Part shown: positions 27,800-35,809 of the stretch, one piece after another
Layout of the letters: the number at the start of each line of letters is the position of its first letter
Position numbering within the stretch: position 1 is the first letter of the stretch
Assembly (NCBI GenBank): GCA_900543605.1
Contig: UQSK01000001.1
Location: 23,720 to 87,719, forward strand
DNA: 64,000 nucleotides
Source of the DNA: an uncultured Collinsella sp.
GTDB taxonomy: Bacteria > Actinomycetota > Coriobacteriia > Coriobacteriales > Coriobacteriaceae
Reading direction: 5' to 3'
Program-made: the position numbers and the translations under genes
The notes under the pieces: generated by a model
Database searches by the model: none
What the model was told of the DNA's origin: nothing
The model's input: only the letters and a program-made list of their open reading frames with translations

Positions 27800-28483
27800 A
27801 TGTCCGATTCGAGCGACAGTTCTAAGCCGCGACCCAAGACCGCGGCCGTTCCACACTACACGGTGGGCGAGGAGATCATGAACTCCGTCACCCATGGTGT
27901 CGGCTGCCTGCTGGGTATCGCGGGCTTGGTGCTCCTGATCGTATTCGCTGCCCTGCGCGGCGGAGGCCCGGCCCACATGGCCGCGGCAATTGTCTATGGC
28001 GTCAGCATTATTCTCGAATATCTGGCCTCCACGCTCTACCACGCGATTCAGCCCGCTCGCGCCAAGCGCGTGTTTCGCATCATCGATCACAGCTGCATCT
28101 ACCTGCTCATAGCCGGCAGCTATACCCCGTTTTGCCTCATCACGCTTGCAAACGACGGCGGTCCTGCGCTGTTCTTTGCCGTATGGGCCATCGCCATTAT
28201 CGGCATCGCCCTCGAGTGCTTTATGCGCGAGCGTCAACCGCACTGGGTAAGCGGCCTGGTCTACCTGCTGATGGGCTGGCTCGTCGTCTTTAAGCTGCCC
28301 GAACTTGTGGCGCTGCTGAACCCTGTCGCGCTTGCCCTGCTCGCCGTCGGCGGCGTGTGCTACACCGTGGGCGTGCCGTTCTATATCGCCAAAAACGTGC
28401 GTTATCTGCACAGTGTTTTCCACTTGTGGGTGCTCGCCGGCAGCATCTTCCAGTTCATGGCGGTGATCCTCTTCGTAATCTAG
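27800..28483 (+). CDS. hemolysin III / PAQR family channel protein
   Basis: Motifs EEIMNSVTHGVG, STLYH and IDHSCIYLLIAGSYTPF, plus 7 TM helices. ATG 27800 (RBS GGAGGA) is preferred over TTG 27782 from the ORF track. Confidence 0.85.
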   Translation: MSDSSDSSKPRPKTAAVPHYTVGEEIMNSVTHGVGCLLGIAGLVLLIVFAALRGGGPAHMAAAIVYGVSIILEYLASTLYHAIQPARAKRVFRIIDHSCIYLLIAGSYTPFCLITLANDGGPALFFAVWAIAIIGIALECFMRERQPHWVSGLVYLLMGWLVVFKLPELVALLNPVALALLAVGGVCYTVGVPFYIAKNVRYLHSVFHLWVLAGSIFQFMAVILFVI

Positions 28484-28590
28484 CGACCGCGCCCACGGCC
28501 CCGCTCGCGCGGGCGACCGGCGCAATTGCCGTATCCGCCATCAACGTTTTACCTTAACGTCCCGAATCTTGGAGGTTCGAGAAACTCCCG

Positions 28591-29964
28591 ATGGACATAA
28601 CCATCTCCCTTATTACCACGCTCGTCCTTACGCTTATCAACGGCTACTTCTCCATGTCCGAGATGGCCCTTACCACGGCTAAGCGCGCCGTGCTGGAGCA
28701 CGATGCCGAGGAGGGCGATAAGCGCGCCGAGCGCGCCGTCCAGCTCGCCGCCGACTCCGACCAGCTGTTGGCCACCATCCAGGTCGCCATCACGCTCGTG
28801 GGCTTCGCCTCGTCCGCCGTCGCGTCGACGAGCCTGTCCGACCCGCTTGCCACGTGGCTCATGGGCTTTGGCATCGCGCCACTTTCCGCCATCGCACGCG
28901 GCCTGGCGCCGGTCATCATCACCGTCGCCGTCGCCTTTGTGTCCATCGTGATCGGCGAGCTCGTGCCCAAGCGCATCGGCCTCGCTAACGCCGAGGGCGT
29001 ATCCAAGCAGGTCGTGGGACCGCTCTCCGTGTTCCAAAAAATCGCCCGCCCGCTCGTGTGGCTGACCGGCGCCTGCTCCGATGGTCTGGCCCGCATCCTG
29101 CGCATCAAGAGCGCCGACGACCGCCAGAACGTCTCGGAGGAAGAGATCAAGTACATGGTCTCGGAGCAGGACGACCTGCTCGACGAGGAAAAGCGCATGA
29201 TCCACGAGATCTTCGACCTGGGCGACACCGTGGCTCGCGAGGTCATGGTGCCGCGCGTGGACACCACCATGTGCGAGGACGACGAGACGGTCGCCGACGT
29301 GCTGTCCACCATGCGCCAGACCGGCTTCAGCCGCATCCCCGTCTATCACGAGGATCCCGACAACGTCGCGGGTATCGCGCACATCAAGGACCTGATCCAG
29401 CCTGCGCTCGACGGCAAGGGCGACCAGCCCATCGCCGGCTATTTGCGCGACGCCGCCTTTGTGCCCGACACCAAGGACATCCTGCCGCTGCTGTCCGAGA
29501 TGCAGACCTCGCACGACCAGATCGTGGTCGTCGTGGACGAGTACGGCGGCACGGCCGGCATCATCACCATCGAAGATATCGTCGAGGAGATTGTCGGCGA
29601 GATCGAGGACGAGTTCGATCCCGACAACAAGTACCTCACGCGCCTTTCGCGCCGTGAGTGGCTCGTCGATGGGCGTTTTTCGTGCGATGACGCGATTGAG
29701 CTTGGTTGGCCGCTCGAGGAAAGCGATGATTATGAGACCATCGCCGGCTGGATTTTGGAGCTTTGCGACTCGGTGCCCGACATCGGAGAGGTGTTTGAGG
29801 TCGCAGGGTACAAGTTCAAGGTACAGTCGATGCGTGGCCAGCGCATCTCGCTCATTCGCGTGATCGCTCCGGCCGAAACCGATAAGAAGGATTCCGAGCT
29901 TTCGGCAGACAAGCCGGCGGCGTCGGGTGCGGGCTCTGTGGATCCGCACGATGGCGACGAGTAG
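28591..29964 (+). CDS. CNNM/CorB-type (DUF21-CBS-CorC_HlyC) hemolysin-family divalent-cation transport protein
   Basis: The N-terminal DUF21 TM region is followed by a CBS pair (REVMVPRVD ... RIPVY) and a CorC_HlyC C-terminal domain (FEVAGYKFKVQSMRGQRI). Confidence 0.9.
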   Translation: MDITISLITTLVLTLINGYFSMSEMALTTAKRAVLEHDAEEGDKRAERAVQLAADSDQLLATIQVAITLVGFASSAVASTSLSDPLATWLMGFGIAPLSAIARGLAPVIITVAVAFVSIVIGELVPKRIGLANAEGVSKQVVGPLSVFQKIARPLVWLTGACSDGLARILRIKSADDRQNVSEEEIKYMVSEQDDLLDEEKRMIHEIFDLGDTVAREVMVPRVDTTMCEDDETVADVLSTMRQTGFSRIPVYHEDPDNVAGIAHIKDLIQPALDGKGDQPIAGYLRDAAFVPDTKDILPLLSEMQTSHDQIVVVVDEYGGTAGIITIEDIVEEIVGEIEDEFDPDNKYLTRLSRREWLVDGRFSCDDAIELGWPLEESDDYETIAGWILELCDSVPDIGEVFEVAGYKFKVQSMRGQRISLIRVIAPAETDKKDSELSADKPAASGAGSVDPHDGDE

Positions 29965-29988
29965 GGCAAGGAAGAGTAGGGGAGAGTT

Positions 29989-30822
29989 ATGGCAGGCCTG
30001 TTCAACATCCTTAAGGTCACCGTCAGCGAGGACAAGATTTGCGCGCACGTGCTGGTGAACCCCGGCATGCCGCTCATGACCTCGGAGGATATCGAGGCCA
30101 CGGCGCGCGTGTACTACCTGGTGCCGGCGATTGCCAAGCACCTGTGCCTGGGTGATTCCGGTCGCGAATTCCAGGACTGCATGGGCCAGACCGAGCTTTG
30201 CCACCTGCTGGAGCACGTGACGGTCGAGCTCATGAACGAGACCGGTCTTGCCGGCAGCATCTCGTGCGGTCGCACCCGCGTGAGCGAGCATGACGAGCGT
30301 GTCTTTGAGGTCGAGCTTTCGTGTCCCGATGACGCGTTGGCCATTGGCGCGCTGTCGTCGGCGACCTTTATGATGGACTGGGCGTACCTGCATGCCGACC
30401 AGCCGGCCCCCGACGTGGAAGGCACGGTCGCGGGCCTGCGCAACCTGGTGCTGGGCATGCGTGCCGAGGCCGAGGGCAAGGACCCGCACGAGGCCGTTGC
30501 CGCTGCGAACGGCGAAGATGCTGCCGAGGCCGAGGGCGCTGACGAGGGCGATGTGCCGGTCGACGCCGAGCCCGTTGCCGATGCGACCGCCGAGCCCGTT
30601 CCCACCGAGCCCCAGGGCGTCCCCAACTTTGACGACGAGCCCCAGGTGGCGATTGATACCGAGGGCGCGGTTGCCGAGAACCACGAGGCCTCCGCTGCCG
30701 TCTTTGGCGGTGCGGCGACGGTTCCGGCAGGACCTGCGCATGAGGGCGGCCTGCCGCTCGTGGACGGCGCCGGCGAGGACCCGGGTGCCACGGTGGCCAT
30801 GCCGGCTATGCCTCAGGAGTAG
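29989..30822 (+). CDS. hypothetical protein with a cyanophycin-synthetase-N-terminal-like domain and a long acidic disordered tail
   Basis: PAIAKHLC...FQDCMGQTELCHLLEHVTVELMNETGL...CGRTR parallels the CphA N-domain pattern P.L.EH.C...F......GH..EH.ALELQ...G...GRTR. The C-terminal ~130 aa are rich in Ala, Glu, Asp and Pro. Confidence 0.5.
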   Translation: MAGLFNILKVTVSEDKICAHVLVNPGMPLMTSEDIEATARVYYLVPAIAKHLCLGDSGREFQDCMGQTELCHLLEHVTVELMNETGLAGSISCGRTRVSEHDERVFEVELSCPDDALAIGALSSATFMMDWAYLHADQPAPDVEGTVAGLRNLVLGMRAEAEGKDPHEAVAAANGEDAAEAEGADEGDVPVDAEPVADATAEPVPTEPQGVPNFDDEPQVAIDTEGAVAENHEASAAVFGGAATVPAGPAHEGGLPLVDGAGEDPGATVAMPAMPQE

Positions 30823-30952
30823 GCCTACGCGTTTATCACCATCACGTACCTGCGCCTTTGCCGTACGCAGATGAGCAGAGCGGCAAGTGATGCGCTGCGG
30901 GTATAATGGACAGCATTCAAACGGTGGGCACCGACGTGCCCGCAGGAGAGGA

Positions 30953-31348
30953 ATGATCATGGGTAAGACTTTCAGCTTTGTCTCCGGCGCACTTTTTGGT
31001 GCCGCTGCCGGCGCTATTGTCGGCGTTGCTCTGGCCCCGCGCTCGGGCGCCGAGACCCGCGCCATGGCTGCCGATATCGCCAACGACGCCTGGGACAATA
31101 TGCGCGACACCTACGAGCACAGCGCCGAGGAGGCCCGTGCTGCGGTGAATGACTTTGGCCCGATGGTCGACGCCAAGACCGATGACCTGCGCGCCAAGGT
31201 CGATCTGGCCCGCGAGCGCATGGACCAGCTGCGCGAGCAGCTCAACGATGCCATCTCGGGTGGCAACGTGACGCCCGCCGCCGACGTCGTGGTCGAGAAC
31301 GCCGTCGAGGCTGATACCGAGGCTGCGGAGCCCTCGACCGAGGCATAA
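30953..31348 (+). CDS. YtxH-domain protein
   Basis: GKTFSFVSGALFGAAAGAIVGVALAPRSGAETR is the YtxH N-terminal pattern, followed by a coiled coil. The start is ATG 30953 or 30959, after GGAGAGG. Confidence 0.7.
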   Translation: MIMGKTFSFVSGALFGAAAGAIVGVALAPRSGAETRAMAADIANDAWDNMRDTYEHSAEEARAAVNDFGPMVDAKTDDLRAKVDLARERMDQLREQLNDAISGGNVTPAADVVVENAVEADTEAAEPSTEA

Positions 31349-32103
31349 TGCGCGCCGGGGATTTTGTCGGCGCCAAGATCTATCGCAAGCCTACCGAGGA
31401 CAAGCGCATCAAAAAGGACGGCACGCCGCGCAGCCCTAAAAAGCTCGGAAAGATTCACTTTCCGGTCTTTACCCCGGGCGGTACGCGCGTGGTCGGCTTT
31501 ATGGTCCGCCAGTCCGATATCGCGGGCATGATCGAGCGCCCCGACCGATTCGTAGCGCTCGACGCCATTGGTGTCTACGAGGGCGCCATCGCGGTCGATG
31601 ACGTCAAGGGCACCTACGATGCCGCCGCCGCCAAGCGCCTCGACATCAACCTGGACGATTGCATCATCTGGGTCGGTATGGACGTGCGCACGGAATCGGG
31701 CGACGTCGTGGGCTATTGCTCGGACGTTGAGTTCAAGCCACGCTCGGGCATCGTGCAGGCATTCTATGTGACCGCCGGTGCTGCTTCGAGTGTTTTGGTT
31801 GGTGACACGCAGGTGCCGCCGACGATGCTGCGCGGCTACGAGAACGGCGCGATGATTGTCTCGGACGAGGTCAAGACGCTTGGGTATTCGGGCGGCGCGG
31901 CCGCTAAGGCTGCCGAGGCCAGTGTCGTGGTGGGCGATAAGGTCAAGAAGGGCGCCAAGGTGCTCGATGACAAGGGGTCGGTCGCCGTGGACAAGGGCAG
32001 CCGCGCACTGGGCAAGCAGCTCGGCAAGACGCGCGGTATGTTCAAGGCCTTTAAGGACGAATATCAAAAGGCGAGCGGGGGTTCGTCAAAAGCTAGCAAA
32101 TAG
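31348..32103 (+). CDS. PRC-barrel-like protein (two barrels) with a basic tail
   Basis: The gene overlaps the ytxH stop (TAATG). The segments KIHFPVFTPGGTRVVGFMV and VRTESGDVVGYCSDVEF resemble PRC-barrel strands. The family call is tentative. Confidence 0.5.
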   Translation: MRAGDFVGAKIYRKPTEDKRIKKDGTPRSPKKLGKIHFPVFTPGGTRVVGFMVRQSDIAGMIERPDRFVALDAIGVYEGAIAVDDVKGTYDAAAAKRLDINLDDCIIWVGMDVRTESGDVVGYCSDVEFKPRSGIVQAFYVTAGAASSVLVGDTQVPPTMLRGYENGAMIVSDEVKTLGYSGGAAAKAAEASVVVGDKVKKGAKVLDDKGSVAVDKGSRALGKQLGKTRGMFKAFKDEYQKASGGSSKASK

Positions 32104-32175
32104 CGACGTACCAAATGATGGGAGGCGAGCCGGAGACATGTTGCTCCGGCTCGCTGTGTTTATGGGGGAGGGCAC

Positions 32176-33582
32176 ATGCGCCAAAACGGATCTAACTTAA
32201 ACGGGCGCTCGGGTACGCGTCCGACGGCGCGCCGCGATCTGGGGCAGCTGCCCAGCGGTCAGCGTCGACGTCGCCGTAAGCCCGGCGCGATGTACCTCAA
32301 CCATAGCCGTGGGTTTAGCGATCGCAGCGCGCGCATCGGCAACGGGCGCTCGCCGCGCCGACCGTCCCGCCTGCCCTATGCGCTCATCGCCGTGGGTTGC
32401 GCGCTCGTGCTGTTTATCGCTGCTGTCGTGGGCTACGTCAACCGCAGCGTGGACGTGGAACTCAACGGGCAAACGACCGCGGTGCGCGTGGGCTCTACGT
32501 TGCAGAATCTTATCGACGATCAGAGCCTGACCGAAACGTACGACGCCGGCGATCTGCTGGCCGTCGACGACAGCGTGCTCAAACGCCATGGAGGCGAAAA
32601 GCTGTCGGTGAAGGTCGACGGCAAGCGCGTGAAGCAAGGCAAATGGGATAGTCGCGAGCTTACGGGTGGTGAGAAGGTGACGGTCAAGGACGGCCGCAAC
32701 GTGTACGAAAAGCACGAGGTCCAGGCCACGACCATCGAGCCAAAGCTTAAGGTCGAGGGCACGGGTGCCATTGAGTATGTCAAAACCTGGGGCGTTCAGG
32801 GCCGCTCCGAGGTATGGGTCGGCGAGCAGTCGGGCAAGACCCAGGACCGCGGCGAGGTCGTGCCCGCCACCGACTGCGTAGTCGAGTGCGCAAGCGTAGC
32901 GCCCAAGGGCAACGAAAAGTACGTGGCCCTGACATTTGACGAGGGTCCGAGCGGCGCGACCAAGCAGATCTTGCAGGTGCTCAAGGAAAAGGGCGTCACG
33001 GCGACGTTCTTCCTTTCGGGCGATGCCGCGGAAGCCTCGCCCGCTACTGCCAAAGCGATTGCCGATGCCGGGTGCGAGGTCGGCTCCAACAGCTACAGCG
33101 ATGATTCGCTCAAGGGCGAGGATCGCGAGACGGTGCGCAAGCAGATCACGAAGGGCACCGAGGCGATTAAGTCGGCGACCGGCGTCGAGACGATGTTGCT
33201 GCGTGCCCCCTACGCCGCGTTTGACGAGCAAAACTGGATTGACTCGATGGACCTGGTGTCCGCCGTGGTTTCGTGGAATATCGATTCGGGCGACTGGCTG
33301 CTCAACGGCGCTGACGAGCAAGTATCGACCGTGCTCGACTCGATGACGCCGGGCAATATCGTGCTGCTTACCGATAGCGATGAGTGCGCCGAGCAGACGC
33401 TCGAGGCGCTGCCGCAGATTATCGATGGTCTTGTCGCCGACGGCTACAAGATCGTGACGCTCAGCGAGCTGGTCAAGACGGACACGGCATTGAGCAAAAA
33501 GCTCACCTCGCTCACTAAGGTTTCCATGCCCAAAAACGCCGTGTTCCCCCAACTCCCCGAGGACGACGACACCACAGAGTAG
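32176..33582 (+). CDS. membrane-anchored polysaccharide deacetylase (NodB homology domain)
   Basis: YVALTFDEGPSGAT (NodB motif 1) and SNSYSD are present. An N-terminal TM helix is followed by beta-rich repeats. The start is uncertain (32176 or ATG 32290). Confidence 0.8.
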   Translation: MRQNGSNLNGRSGTRPTARRDLGQLPSGQRRRRRKPGAMYLNHSRGFSDRSARIGNGRSPRRPSRLPYALIAVGCALVLFIAAVVGYVNRSVDVELNGQTTAVRVGSTLQNLIDDQSLTETYDAGDLLAVDDSVLKRHGGEKLSVKVDGKRVKQGKWDSRELTGGEKVTVKDGRNVYEKHEVQATTIEPKLKVEGTGAIEYVKTWGVQGRSEVWVGEQSGKTQDRGEVVPATDCVVECASVAPKGNEKYVALTFDEGPSGATKQILQVLKEKGVTATFFLSGDAAEASPATAKAIADAGCEVGSNSYSDDSLKGEDRETVRKQITKGTEAIKSATGVETMLLRAPYAAFDEQNWIDSMDLVSAVVSWNIDSGDWLLNGADEQVSTVLDSMTPGNIVLLTDSDECAEQTLEALPQIIDGLVADGYKIVTLSELVKTDTALSKKLTSLTKVSMPKNAVFPQLPEDDDTTE

Positions 33583-33631
33583 TCATTGGGGACGTGCTTA
33601 AACGATTGGTCGTTTAGGGCGGTCTTAATCG
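33580..33631 (+). repeat. REP-like unit plus a degenerate second unit (TCATTGGGGAC family)
   Basis: TAGTCATTGGGGACGTGCTTAAACGATTGGTCGTTTAGGGCGGTCTTAATCG. Confidence 0.7.
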
Positions 33632-33764
33632 CTTTGTTCCACCGTGCTCATCCGGCTCCATGTCACGGATACGTCAGCGTTTGGTATGCCCGCAGTGTGC
33701 AGCGCATAAATTCGGTGCCGCAGCGCGATGCTGATGCTATAGTTACTGCGGTTAATGAGGGTCA

Positions 33765-33915
33765 AGAGAAAGGTTACAGGTGAAATCCAAACCTCGACCA
33801 TACAGTCGCTGACCCCATGCAGGTGCTTTCTGCGCGTGCACGGGGTGTGAGTGCCGAGCGGCGTGCCGCCCGCGCATGCGTATACATATCTAAAAGTCCA
33901 CGGATTGCGTGCCGG
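33765..33915 (+). promoter_or_regulatory. candidate M-box (ykoK-type Mg2+ riboswitch) leader
   Basis: Three segments resemble conserved M-box blocks in the correct order over about 150 nt. GGTTACAGGTGAAATCC compares with GUUAGGUGAGGCUCC. CCATACAGTCGCTGACCCCATGC compares with GAUACGCUGCUGCCCAAAAAUG. GCGTATACATATCTAAAAGTCCACGGATT compares with GCCAUACAGUGCUAAAGCUCUACGAUU. The segment is directly upstream of Mg2+ transport genes. I could not convincingly draw the P1 pairing. Confidence 0.35.
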
Positions 33916-33956
33916 CATGGTCGCGCGGTCCGCAGGAATAATGATGGGGAGCACCA

Positions 33957-35801
33957 TTGAATTATCTGAGTGAGATGCTCAAATTGCCGGTCTTGGACGT
34001 CGACGGCGAAAAGCTCGGCGTGGTTAACGATTTTGGCATTGCAACCGGCGAAGTTTTTCCGCACGTGACGTCGCTCGCGTTCCGCGGACCCGGCAAGACG
34101 CCGTTTATGATCAGCTGGCGCAAATGGGTCGACCGTATCGACGAGACGGGTGTACACCTTAAGACGTCGGCCACCGAAATCCGTTTTTCGTACCTGCAGC
34201 CGACCGAACTCTTGCTTGCCCGCGACGTGCTCAACAAGCAGATTGTCGACACGCAGGGCATGAAGGTCGTGCGCGTAAACGACATCAAGTTTTCCATGTC
34301 GGGCGAAAATCAGCTGCGCCTGCTGGGTGCCGAAGTTGGCGCCCGCGGTCTGCTGCGCGCGATCAGCCCCACACTTGAGCATGTCGTCGAGGGCTTTATG
34401 AAGCATCTGGGCAAGCCGCTCAGCGAGGACATTATCGCCTGGTCTTACATGGACCTGCTCGATCGCTCGACTAAGAACATCCAGCTCTCGGTGTCGCACA
34501 AGACGCTTGGCGAGCTGCATCCTGCCGACATCGCCGACATCATCGAGCAGCTCGATCCGCGCCTACGCGCGCAGGTGTTTGCGCAGCTCGATACTGCCCA
34601 GGCCGCCGAGGCCATCTCGGAGTTCGATGACGACGAGCTTATGACCGAGATGCTCGAGGGCCTGTCCGACACGGACGCATCGTCGATGCTGGCCATGATG
34701 GACCCGGACGATGCAGCCGACCTGATCGACGAGCTTGATTACGAGAAGGCCGAGAAGCTCCTGCGCCTGATGGGCGTCAAGGAGGAGAAGGCGATTCGTA
34801 ACCTGCTGGGGTATGAGGACAACACCGCCGGCCGCATCATGACCTCGGAGTTTGTCTCCCTGCCCGCCACGGCGACGGTCGGTGACGCCATCGAGGCGAT
34901 TCGCAAGCTCGACGAGGACTTCGAGAGCGTCTACTACGTCTATACCGAGGACCCGAGCGGCATGCTGACGGGCGTGCTTTCGCTGCGCACGCTGATCGTA
35001 GCCGACCGCGACGCCACGCTGGGTCAGCTGGCCTATCGCGACCTGGTCTATGTGTCGCCCGACGAGGACCAGGAAGACGTGACGGACGAGATGACCAAGT
35101 ATGACCTGGTCGCCATCCCTGTCTGCGACGAGAACCGTCATATTCTGGGTATCGTAACCTTCGACGACGCCATGGACGTTATTGCCGAGGAGCATCAGGA
35201 GGACCTGCAGATCGCCGGTGTCGGCTCGGGCGATAGCGCGTCGGACGACTCGACGAACGTGCTCAGCTGGTTCGTGCATCGCCAGTACTGGGTTGTTGTA
35301 TGGGGCATCGCGTCGTGCATTATGGCGACCGTGCTGGGAACGGCGCTCGGCTCCGCGCATCTGGTGGTGTTCCCCATGTGCGCCATGCCGCTCGTACTGC
35401 TGGCTGCCTCGCGCATGGTGTCGTTCGTCAAGAACTACTTCCTCGAGTACGACGGTCACGACGACGAGCCCAAGCCGTATCTGGGGTTTTTCTTCCAGAG
35501 CACGGGCATGGGCCTGATTCTGTCACTCGTGACCTACCTGTGCGCCCAGCTGGTGCGCACCGCTGCATTCCCCGATGCGCCCATGTTTGAGGAACAGCTC
35601 TTTACCGGGTGCTTTAATATCGCTGCCATCATTTGCCTGGTTGGCAACATGAGCGCCGTGATTTACCTGATGGTACTGTTCTGGCGTGACGAGCATGACC
35701 TCAACACGTCGGGCACCGCCATGAACGTTATTGCCGTCATGATCTCGTGCATAGCGTACTGCGCCGCTGCGGTGCTTCTCACCATGTCGGTCATGGGTTA
35801 G
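33957..35801 (+). CDS. PRC-barrel + MgtE_N + CBS-pair protein with a non-MgtE C-terminal membrane domain
   Basis: 614 aa, starting at TTG 33957 or ATG 33975. The N-terminal PRC-like barrels include LPVLDVDGEKLGVVNDF and VVDTQGMKVVRVNDIKF. The MgtE_N region is LHPADIADIIEQLDPRLRAQVF...AAEAISEFDDDEL...PDDAADLIDEL. The CBS pair begins TAGRIMTSEFVSL. The last ~190 aa form about 5 TM helices that lack the MgtE TM signatures (no GTGGNxGxQ-type motif). Confidence 0.75.
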   Translation: MNYLSEMLKLPVLDVDGEKLGVVNDFGIATGEVFPHVTSLAFRGPGKTPFMISWRKWVDRIDETGVHLKTSATEIRFSYLQPTELLLARDVLNKQIVDTQGMKVVRVNDIKFSMSGENQLRLLGAEVGARGLLRAISPTLEHVVEGFMKHLGKPLSEDIIAWSYMDLLDRSTKNIQLSVSHKTLGELHPADIADIIEQLDPRLRAQVFAQLDTAQAAEAISEFDDDELMTEMLEGLSDTDASSMLAMMDPDDAADLIDELDYEKAEKLLRLMGVKEEKAIRNLLGYEDNTAGRIMTSEFVSLPATATVGDAIEAIRKLDEDFESVYYVYTEDPSGMLTGVLSLRTLIVADRDATLGQLAYRDLVYVSPDEDQEDVTDEMTKYDLVAIPVCDENRHILGIVTFDDAMDVIAEEHQEDLQIAGVGSGDSASDDSTNVLSWFVHRQYWVVVWGIASCIMATVLGTALGSAHLVVFPMCAMPLVLLAASRMVSFVKNYFLEYDGHDDEPKPYLGFFFQSTGMGLILSLVTYLCAQLVRTAAFPDAPMFEEQLFTGCFNIAAIICLVGNMSAVIYLMVLFWRDEHDLNTSGTAMNVIAVMISCIAYCAAAVLLTMSVMG

Positions 35802-35809
35802 GTGGTCGC

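Noticed and set aside
28549-31110. 853-aa minus-strand ORF spanning the CNNM, CphA_N-like and YtxH genes
   Set aside because: It is an antisense shadow ORF crossing three well-supported plus-strand genes, and the translated sequence is junk-like.
33690-33790. Alternative M-box register (TAATGAGGGTCAAGAGAAAGG aligned to UAAUGGGUCAACAGAAAUC)
   Set aside because: This register would leave no room for the 3' conserved blocks in the right order. The register starting at GGTTACAGGTGA fits the overall length better. Both registers remain unverified.
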